Source: an uncultured Thermoleophilia bacterium (GTDB lineage: Bacteria > Actinomycetota > Thermoleophilia > UBA2241). Taken from it: a stretch of DNA of 64,000 nucleotides. Positions 47,726 through 56,301 of this stretch are shown piece after piece. Numbering within the stretch: position 1 is the first letter of the stretch; each line of letters opens with the position of its first letter. The DNA is taken from positions 208,225 through 272,224 of the forward strand of contig CAWBRS010000021.1 of assembly GCA_963791345.1 (NCBI GenBank), written 5' to 3'. The position numbers and the translations under genes are program-made. The notes beneath the pieces are model-generated. The model made no database searches and was not told the origin of the DNA. It saw only the letters and a list, made by a program, of their open reading frames with translations.

Positions 47726-47741
47726 GTGAATCGGTTCACAG
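47724..47741 (+). promoter_or_regulatory. Rex operator (ROP box) overlapping the -10 element
   Basis: TTGTGAATCGGTTCACAG fits the Rex consensus TTGTGAA-N4-TTCACAA. The Streptomyces ROP is TGTGAACGCGTTCACA. Confidence 0.75.
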
Positions 47742-47792
47742 CGTTCGCTCTGTCACGAATCCAGGGCGGCCCGCGGACGAACGGGAGAGCAG

Positions 47793-48495
47793 GTGGTCTC
47801 ACGCAAGACGGTCGCGCGCATGAGCAGGTATCGCCGCCTGCTCACGGCCCTGCACGCGGCCGGCACCGAGAGCATCTACTCGCATCAGCTCGCGCGCCAC
47901 GCCGTGGTCAGTGCCCCGCAGGTGCGCCGCGACCTCATGGCGATCGGCTACTCGGGCAGCCCCAACAAGGGGTACGACGTCGCCGCCTGCATCGCGAGCA
48001 TCGCGGCCTTCCTCGACGGCGACGCCCGGCAGGACGTGTGCCTGGTCGGGGTCGGCAACCTCGGCCGCGCCGTCCTCGCCCACTTCGCCGAGGCGAGCCC
48101 TTCGGTCGCGATCGTCGCCGCCTTCGACAGCGACCCGGCCCTGCGCGACGCGGTCGTCCACGGCTGCCGCTGCTTCGGCGCCGAGCGCATGGAGCAGCTG
48201 GTGCGCGACCTCGGCATCGACATCGCCGTGCTCACGGTCCCCGGCGAGGCCGCGCAGCAGGTGGCCGACACCCTCGTGCGCGCGGGCGTGAAGAGCCTGA
48301 TCTCCTTCGCCCCCACGCCCCTGCAGCTCCCGCACGAGATCTTCGTCGAGTACATGGACATCACCGCGGCGCTCGAGTCGGCGGCCTATTTCGCCCGGCT
48401 CGGCGCCCGTACGAACGGCAACGGCGAGGCCGGCGAGGCCGAGCTCGCACCGATGGTGCGGCAGCTCGGCTCGCTGCTGGCGAGGAAGAGGATGA
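47793..48495 (+). CDS. rex: Redox-sensing transcriptional repressor Rex; the 3' end is uncertain
   Basis: Motifs RMSRYRRLL, SHQLA....SAPQVRRDLMAIGYSGSPNKGYDV and VCLVGVGNLGRAVL (Rossmann). As sequenced the frame runs on without a stop. A TGA at 48493-48495 in the +1 frame overlaps the next ATG. Confidence 0.8.
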
Positions 48496-48919
48496 GACTC
48501 GAAGAGCTCGCAAAGGACATCGGGGCCCGCGTCGTCACGCCGGGCCGCCCGGGTGGCACCGAGGTCACCCGCATCTACGCCGGCGATCGCGTCAGCGACC
48601 TCCTCAACGAGGCCTCCGACACGACGCTGCTCGTGAGCAACCTGGCCAGCGTCCAGATGCTCCGCGTGGCCGAGCTGATGGACGTGCCCGGCATCTGCTT
48701 CGTCGGCGGCATCGAGCCCGACGACGATGTCATCGAGCTGGCGCGCGCCAACGGCACCCTGCTCATGGTCTCGCCCGTCGGGGTCTTCGAGACCTGCGGC
48801 CTGATCTACCGCTACCTCGGCGGCGAGCGGGAGCAGGGCGCGAACGGCGCCGCCGCGAACGGCGGCGCGGCGCGCCGCAGCGCGAGACCGGCGGGCGCGG
48901 CGCCCGGGACGGAGGCTGA
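48492..48919 (+). CDS. DRTGG-domain protein, copy 1; the 3' end is uncertain
   Basis: MRLEELAKDIGARVV..RIYAGDRVSDLLNEASDTTLLVSNLASVQMLRVAELMDVPGICFVGGIEPDDDVIELARANGTLLMVSP matches the small DRTGG proteins I recall from hydrogenase loci. The end is assumed to be the frame-2 TGA at 48917-48919. Confidence 0.55.
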
Positions 48920-48927
48920 CCGGCGGC

Positions 48928-50624
48928 GTGCAGTACCTCACCTACACGATCCGCGGCAACGACTACAACGAGGCGGGCGCCGCCTCGCGCCTGGTGAAGC
49001 ATCACCTGAAGCGCGTCGGCGCCGACCCCGAGGCGATCCGGCGCACGATGATCGCCGCCTACGAGGCCGAGATGAACGTCGTCATCCACGCCCACCGCGG
49101 GGTGCTCGAGGCGCGGCTCGGCGACTGCCGGGTCGACGTCGACGTCGTCGACGAGGGCCCCGGCATCCCCGACGTCGAGCAGGCGCTGCGCGAGGGGTTC
49201 TCGACGGCCTCGTCCGAGGCCCGCGCCCTGGGTTTCGGGGCCGGCATGGGCCTGCCCAACATCCGGCGCAACAGCGACACCCTCGAGATCGACACGACCC
49301 CGGGCAAGGGGACGCGCGTGAGCTTCAGCGTCAGCCTGAGGCCCGCCTGCCCGACCGACGTCGAGCGCCCGCGCTCGGTGGCCGTCGCCCCGGGGCGCTG
49401 CCGCCAGTGCCTGCACTGCCTCACCGCCTGCCCGACGGCCGCCCTGCGCGTGCGCGACGGCGAGCCCCTGCTGCTCGAGCACCTCTGCATCGACTGCACC
49501 GCCTGCGTCGCCGTCTGCGAGCCCGCCGCCCTGACGATCGACGAGACCGGCGGCGAGCCCGAGCGCGCGACCGAGCTCGTGGCCCTGCCGCCGGCCTTCC
49601 TCGCCGGCTTCGGCGGCGAGGCGCCGCCGGCCGTCGTGGCCCGCGCCGTCGAGACCGGCGGCTTCGCCCGCGTCGTCGCCGCCGACGGCTACGAGCACGC
49701 CCTGCACGACGCCGTGCTCGCCATGGCTCGCGAGGCGGCGGGCGGCGGCGCGACCGGCGGCGAGACCGAGAGCGCGGCGGGCGCGACCGCCGACACGACG
49801 CCCGACGAGACGGCCGCCGCGACGCGCCCCGGCCGGCGGCCGCTGCCGCTGATCTCGCCGGTCTGCCCCGCCGTCGTCAATCTCGTCGAGCTGCGCTTCC
49901 CCTCGCTGCTGCCGCACCTGGCGCCGTTCGCCTCGCCCTGGGAGGCGCTGCAGGACGACGCCGGCGGCGCCTCGGCGACCTTCGTCGTCTCGTGCCCGAG
50001 CCAGCGCACCGCGCTGCTCGAGCGGCGCGCCAGCGGCCTGCGCGGCATCATGACCCCGGCGCGCCTGCGCGAGCGTGTGGCGCCGCTGCTCGCCGGCCAC
50101 GAGGCCGTCGCCGGGCCGGCCCACGGCGCGTCGGCGGCCGCTGCAGCCGAGGTCGACGGACCGGGCGACGCGACGGCTCGCGGCGACCGCGAGACGCTGG
50201 TCGTCAACGGGTTGTCGCACGTCCTGCGCGTGCTCGAGGAGCTCGAGGACGGCCTCCTCGACGACGTGCTCGCCGTGCGAGCCCTACGTCTGCGACGGCG
50301 GCTGCTTCGGCTCGCCGCTGCTCGCCGAGGACGCCGCCGTCGCCGCTCACCGCTGGCGCGGCGGCGCCGCTGCGCCGCGGCCCCGGGGTCGCCCGCCCGC
50401 CGCACCGCGCGCCGGCGGCGCGCCCCGGCATCCGCCTCGACGCCGACATGTCGCGCGCCATCGCCAAGCTCGCCCGTCTCGACGAGCTGACCCGCTCGCT
50501 GCCCGGGCGCGACTGCGGCGCCTGCGGCGCCCCGACCTGCGCGGCGCTCGCCGAGGACATCGTCCTCGAGCGCGCCGCGCGCGCGCTCTGCCCGTACGTG
50601 ACCGAGGAGGAGGCACAGTCATGA
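48928..50624 (+). CDS. RsbW-type serine-kinase-like HATPase fused to a 2x[4Fe-4S] ferredoxin, an [FeFe]-hydrogenase-large-subunit-like domain and a C-terminal Fe-S (DCGACG) domain; two frame breaks
   Basis: HATPase part: EAEMNVVIHA..VDEGPGIPD..GFGAGMGLPNIRR..GKGTRVSF. Ferredoxin part: CRQCLHCLTACP..CIDCTACVAVCEP. Hydrogenase-like part: ISPVCPAVVNLVE and, read from the DNA, VEPYVCDGGCFGSP. The tail is LPGRDCGACGAPTCAALAEDIV. Breaks lie near 50270 and 50390. Confidence 0.7.
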
Positions 50625-50973
50625 CGCTCGACGACATCGCCCGCGAGCTCGAGCTGGTCGAGCTCGTACGCCCAACGAGGTGGAGCGCGCCGCCGAGATG
50701 ACGCGCGGCTACGCCTCGGACCTGCTCAGCGACGTGCTCGCGCACGCCCCGGCCGACGGCGTGCTGGTCACGCTGCAGGTCCACCTGAACGTGGTCGCCG
50801 TGGCCGGACACGCCGACCTCGCCGCGGTGATCTTCGCCGGCGGCCGCCGGCCCGAGGACGACGTCGTCGCCAGGGCGGCCGAGGAGGGCCTTGCCCTCTA
50901 CGGCTGCGAGGCCGACACCTTCGAGATCGTCGGCCGCCTGTACGCCCTCGGGGTCAAGGGGAGCCATGCGTGA
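50621..50973 (+). CDS. DRTGG-domain protein, copy 2; one frame break
   Basis: ATGA overlap with the upstream gene. The sequence reads MTLDDIARELELVELV | ..EVERAAEMTRGYASDLLSDVLAHAPADGVLVTLQVHLNVVAVAGHADLAAVIFAGGRRPEDDVVARAAEEGLALYGCE. The break lies near 50670. Confidence 0.6.
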
Positions 50974-51753
50974 AGCTCTGCACCGCAGACCTGCACGTCC
51001 ACACGGCGCTCTCGCCCTGCGCGGACGACGAGATGACGCCGCCGCGCATCGTGCGAGCGGCGCTCGCGGAGGGGCTCGCGATGATCGCCGTCTGTGACCA
51101 CAACACGACCGGCAACACGGCGGCCGTGCAGGCGGCTGCGGCGGCGACCGCCGTGCAGGCGGCCGCCCTCGACGCGGCCGCCGGCGACGGGCTCGCCGTC
51201 ATCGCCGGCATGGAGATGACGAGCGTCGAGGAGTGCCACGTGGTCGGCCTCTTCCCCGACGCCGAGGCCGCCGCCGGCGCCGGCGCCGAGGTCACGGCCC
51301 TGCTGCCCGCGGCCGACGAGGGCTACGCCGACTTCTTCGGCGAGCAGCGCCTGCTCGCCGCCGACGGCACGCGGCGCGGCGCCGAGCCGGCCGCGCTGGC
51401 GACGGCGACGCCGCTCGACGTCGACGCGGTCGTCGCGCTGATCCATCGCCACGGCGGCGTCGCCGTCGCCGCGCACGTCGACCGGCGCTCGTTCGGCGTC
51501 ATCGGCCAGCTCGGCTTCTTCCCCGCCGGAGGCCGGCTTCGACGCGGTCGAGGTCTCGCGGCACGTGACGGCCGACTCGCCCAAGCTGCGCCGAGTTCGC
51601 CGTCTACGGCCTGCCGCTCCTGCGCTCGTCCGACGCCCACACCCTCGACGCGATCGGGGCGGCGCGCACCGCGCTGCGCGTCGCCGCGCCGACCTTCGCC
51701 GAGCTCGTGCTCGCCCTGCGCGGCCTCGACGGCAGGAGCGTGGCCTTGCATGA
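50970..51753 (+). CDS. PHP-domain (polymerase/histidinol-phosphatase-like) metal-dependent phosphoesterase; two frame breaks and an uncertain 3' end
   Basis: GTGA overlap with the upstream gene. Motifs ADLHVHTALSPCADDEM, IAVCDHNT, AAHVDRRSFG and, read from the DNA, LLRSSDAHTLD. Breaks lie near 51525 and 51590. Confidence 0.65.
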
Positions 51754-52234
51754 CCTCTCGCTCTACCTGCTCGACCTCCTCGAGAACTCCGTGCGCGCCG
51801 GCGCGACGGTGGTCGCGACGCAGATCGTCGCCGACCGCGACGCCGACGAGCTCACGATCCGCGTCGAGGACGACGGGTGCGGGCTGCCGGTCGAGCCCGA
51901 GCAGGCGCTCGACCCCTTCTTCACGACCAAGACGAACAAGAAGACCGGCCTCGGCCTGAGCCTCTTCCGCCAGGCGGCCGAGGCCGCCGGCGGCGGCCTC
52001 AGGTGGGCCCGTCCGACCTCGGCGGCGACGGCGGTGACGGTGCGGATGGGCTACGCGAACGTCGACCGGCCGCCCCTGGGCGACCTGGCGACCAGCCTGC
52101 TGGTCATGGTGGCGACCAACCCGGAGGTCGAGTTCCGGGTCGACCTGCGCGACGGCGACGCGAGCCTTCGCCTGCGCGGCGCCGAGCTGCCCACAGCGGC
52201 TCGGACGCACTGGTCGCCTTCCAGGAGGCAGTGA
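51746..52234 (+). CDS. Small stand-alone HATPase_c-like ATP-binding protein
   Basis: (L/M)HDLSLYLLDLLENSVRAGA..IRVEDDGCGLP..DPFFTTKTNKKTGLGLSLF. A TTG start at 51746 is assumed. As sequenced it is in the same frame as the PHP tail. Confidence 0.55.
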   Translation: MHDLSLYLLDLLENSVRAGATVVATQIVADRDADELTIRVEDDGCGLPVEPEQALDPFFTTKTNKKTGLGLSLFRQAAEAAGGGLRWARPTSAATAVTVRMGYANVDRPPLGDLATSLLVMVATNPEVEFRVDLRDGDASLRLRGAELPTAARTHWSPSRRQ

Positions 52235-52293
52235 CATGACCGACGACCTCCCTGCGAAGCAGATCGCAGCGGAACGACGACGAAGGAGAACGA

Positions 52294-52834
52294 ATGAGCG
52301 ACCAGGCGAAGTCGTGCACCTGCTGCACCGAGGAGCCGACCGAGGAGGAGCTCCTCGAGCGCCTCGACGCGGTCATCGCCGAGTACAAGGGCAAGCCCGG
52401 CGCCCTGATCCCGGTGCTGCAGCTCGCCCAGGGCATCTTCGGCTACCTGCCCGAGGTCGCCCTCAAGCACATCGCGCGCGAACTGCGCAAGCCGTACAGC
52501 GAGGTCGCCGGCGTGGTCGGCTTCTACTCGTTCTTCACGACCGTGCCGCGCGGCAAGCACCTCGTCCGCATCTGCCTCGGCACCGCCTGCTACGTGCGCG
52601 GCGGCGTCCAGGTCCGTGATGGACGCGTTCAAGAAGCAGCTCGGGATCGACATCGGCGGCACCACCGAGGACCGCCAGTTCTCGCTCGAGATCGGCCGCT
52701 GCTTCGGCGCCTGCGGCCTCGCCCCCGTGATCATGATCGACGACGACGTCCATCACCGCGTCAAGCCCAAGCGCGTCGACGAGATCCTCGCCCAGTACGC
52801 CGACGAGCCCGTCCTCGCCGAGAGGAGCGCCTGA
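52294..52834 (+). CDS. hydC: NuoE-like [2Fe-2S] subunit of an electron-bifurcating-type [FeFe]-hydrogenase (HydC/HndA-like); one frame break
   Basis: AAGGAG RBS. Motifs LIPVLQLAQ, RICLGTACYVRGG and GRCFGACGLAPVIMID. The break lies near 52610. Confidence 0.8.
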
Positions 52835-52835
52835 C

Positions 52836-53209
52836 ATGGCGGACAGGATCACCAGCCCCGACCAGCTCAAGGCGCTGGCCGAGAAGGCCAAGGCCGACAT
52901 CGACCTGCGCGACGGCCGCAAGGAGACGCAGGTGACCGTGCACATGGGCACCTGCGGCATCGCCGCCGGCGCGCGCGAGATCGTCGCCGCCTTCATGACC
53001 GAGCTGACCGCCACCGGCGTCACCTCGGCCAGCCTGCACCAGACCGGCTGCGCCGGCCTCTGCGAAGAGGAGCCGATGGCGACCATCACCCAGGCCGACG
53101 GCACCCTGTACCGCTACGGCCTGCTCGACAAGGCCAAGGTGCACACGATCGTCGTCGAACACACCTCGTCGGCGGCACCCCCGTCGAGGCGTACCTCATC
53201 AAGACCTGA
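52836..53209 (+). CDS. Thioredoxin-like [2Fe-2S] ferredoxin (HndB-like); one frame break
   Basis: Motifs VHMGTCGIAAGA and QTGCAGLCEEEP. The tail, read from the DNA, is EHLVGGTPVEAYLIKT*. The break lies near 53160. Confidence 0.7.
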
Positions 53210-53225
53210 GAGCGAGTGAACGACT

Positions 53226-56200
53226 ATGGCTGACGTGAGAAGTCACTTCCTGATCTGCACCGGCGGCGGCTGCATCGCCTCCGGCGCCCTCGACGTGAGC
53301 GAGGCCGTGCGCGCCGAGCTCAAGGCGCGCGAGCTCGCCGGCGAGGTCGACGTCGTCGAGACCGGCTGCCTCGGCCCCTGCGTGCAGGGCCCCGTGGCGC
53401 TCGTCTACCCCGACGGCGTCTTCTACCAGAACATCAAGGTCGACGACGTGCCCGAGATCGTCGAGGAGCACCTGCTCAAGGGCCGCGTCGTCGAGCGCCT
53501 CGTGAGTCACGCGCCCGGCACCGACCGGACCCAGGCGGAGATGGACGACATCCCGTTCTTCAACCGCCAGGTCAAGATCGTGCTGCGCAACTCGCGGCAT
53601 CATCGACCCGCTCAACATCGACGAGTACATCGCCCGCGACGGCTACCAGGCCCTCGCCAAGGTGCTCACCGAGATGACCCCCGAGCAGGTCGTCGACGAG
53701 GTCCTCGCCTCCGGCCTGCGCGGCCGCGGCGGCGCCGGCTTCCCCACCGGGATGAAGTGGCGCTTCGCCCAGCAGCAGGACAACGACACCAAGTACATCC
53801 TCTGCAACGCCGACGAGGGCGACCCCGGCGCGTTCATGGACCGCTCGGTGCTCGAGGGCGACCCGCACTCGCTCATCGAGGGCATGGTCATCGGCGCCTT
53901 CGCCATCGGCGCGCACCAGGGCTACGTGTACGTGCGCGCCGAGTACCCGCTCGCCGTCGAGCGCCTCGAGCACGCGCTCGGGCAGGCGCGCGAGTACGGC
54001 CTGCTCGGCAACGACATCATGGGCAGCGGCTTCGACTTCGACCTCGAGATCCGCATGGGCTCCGGCGCCTTCGTCTGCGGCGAGGAGACCGCGCTCATGA
54101 CCTCGATCGAGGGTCACCGCGGCGAGCCGCGCCCGCGCCCGCCGTTCCCGGCGGTCTCGGGCCTCTGGGGCAAGCCCAGCGTGCTCAACAACGTCGAGAC
54201 CTTCGCCAACATCGCGCCGATCATCCTCAAGGGCGCCGAGTGGTACGCGAGCACCGGTACCGAGAGCAGCAAGGGCACCAAGGTGTTCGCGCTCGGCGGC
54301 AACGTGCAGCACACCGGCCTCGTCGAGGTCCCGATCGGCATGCAGCTCGGCGAGCTCATCTACGAGGTCGGCGGCGGCATCCCGAACGGCAAGGCGTACA
54401 AGGCCGCCCAGCTCGGCGGCCCCTCGGGCGGCTGCATCCCCAAGGAGCACCTCAACGTGCCCGTCGACTACGCCACCCTGCAGGAGCTCGGCGCGATCAT
54501 GGGCTCCGGCGGCGTCATCGTCATGGACGAGGACACCTGCATGGTCGACATCGCCCGCTTCTTCCTCGAGTTCACGCAGGAGGAGAGCTGCGGCAAGTGC
54601 CCGCCGTGCCGCGTCGGCACCAAGCGGATGCTCGAGATCGTCGAGCGCATCTGCCACGGCGAGGGCGAGGAGGGCGACATCGAGCGCCTCATCGCCCTCG
54701 GCGAGTCGATCAGCCAGACCGCGCTCTGCGGCCTCGGCCAGACGGCGCCCAACCCGGTGCTCTCGACGATCCGCCACTTCCGCCACGAGTACGAGGCCCA
54801 CATCAAGGACAAGTACTGCGAGGCCGGCGTCTGCTCGACGCTGTTCAAGGCGCGCTGCTCCAACGCGTGCCCGGCGAGCGTCAACATCCCCGGCTTCGTG
54901 AGCCTCGTCGGCGAGGAGCGCTACGACGACGCGCTCAAGCTGCACCGCGAGCGCAACCCGCTGGCCAGCATCTGCGCCCGCGTCTGCTTCCACCCCTGCG
55001 AGAGCAAGTGCATGCGCTCGAGCCTCGACGGCGCCCTCGCGATCCGCCACGTCAAGCGCTTCATGGTCGAGCAGGAGAAGGACGCCGCAGCTGCCGGAGA
55101 TCCTGGAGAACGCCGAGAACGCGGCCCGCAAGGTCGCCGTCGTCGGCTCCGGGCCCGCCGGCCTCTCCGCCGCCTACTTCCTCGCCCGGCTCGGCTACAA
55201 GCCGGTCGTGTTCGAGGCCGAGCCCAAGGCCGGCGGCATGCTCGTCCAGGCCATCCCGGCCTACCGCCTGCCGCGTCCCGAGCTCGAGCGCGAGATCGAG
55301 ATGATCGAGGCCATGGGCGCGCGCTTCGAGTACGGCAAGGCGCTCGGCCGCGACTTCACGCTCCAGAGCCTCAAGGACGAGGGCTACGAGGCCGTGTTCG
55401 TCGGCGTCGGCGCCCCCGCAGGGCATGGGCATCGGCGTCCCCGGCGAGGACGGCCCCGGCGTGTACGACGGGCTCTCCTTCCTCAAGCAGTACAACGTCC
55501 ACGGCACCGGCGAGGTCGGCAAGAACGTCGCCGTGATCGGCGGCGGCAACGCGGCCATCGACGCCGCCCGCACCGCCCTGCGCCTCGGCGCCGAGTCGGT
55601 CAAGATCCTCTACCGCCGCACCCGGGCGCAGATGCCGGCGTGGGGCGAGGAGATCGACGCCGCCGACCTCGAGGGCATCGACATCATGACGCTCGTCGCC
55701 CCGGAGGAGATCCTCCGCGACGCGAGCGGCAAGGTCACCGGCGTGCGCTGCAAGGAGATGGCGCTGGGCGACTACGACCGCAGCGGCCGTCGCCGTCCGG
55801 TGGCCGGCCACAACCCCGACTTCGTGGTCGAGGCCGACACCGTCATCGCCGCCATCGGCCAGAAGCTCGACGCCGCCGCCGTCCTGGACGGCACCGCCGT
55901 CGAGCTCAACCGCTGGGGCTACCTCGCCGGCCGACCCGAACACCGGCCAGACCTCGGTCGACTGGGTGTTCACCGGCGGCGACGCCGCCACCGGCCCGTC
56001 GTCGGTCGTCGAGGCCATCGGCGCCGGCGAGCGGGCCGCGGCCGGCATGGACGAGCTCCTGACCGGCGCCAACCACGCCTTCTGGCGCCGCGACATCGAG
56101 CCGCCGACCTTCTTCGACCCCGACGCCGACCCCGAGCTGGTCGATCGTCACGAGGTCGAGGAGCTGGCCGGTCGCGGCCCGCGTCACCAACTTCGACGAG

Positions 56201-56284
56201 GTCGAGCTGGGCTGGGCCGCACAGGTGGCCCTCGCTGAGGCGAGGCGCTGCCTGCGTTGCGACTACGGCAAGTACGGCTCGTGA
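53226..56284 (+). CDS. hydB: NuoF-like flavoprotein subunit (HydB/HndC-like) fused to a GltD/NfnB-like NAD(P)H:FAD oxidoreductase module; about 5 frame breaks
   Basis: The N-terminal 2Fe-2S Trx-like part is [14 protein letters not shown]. The NuoF core carries [27 protein letters not shown] and [10 protein letters not shown]. The GltD-like part carries [55 protein letters not shown] and a C-terminal [13 protein letters not shown]. Breaks lie near 53600, 55085, 55420, 55935 and 56165. Confidence 0.8.
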
Positions 56285-56301
56285 GCAAGGAGAGCAAGAG
56301 G

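Noticed and set aside
47793-48919. An apparent Rex::DRTGG fusion protein. As sequenced, one open frame runs from rex into the DRTGG domain and beyond to 50624.
   Set aside because: An ATGA start/stop-overlap signature sits exactly at the DRTGG start (ATG 48492, TGA 48493-48495 in the +1 frame). The window has about one indel per kb. The same frame also runs through the next, clearly separate gene. A lost stop or frame error is more likely than a true fusion. Polished sequence would settle it.
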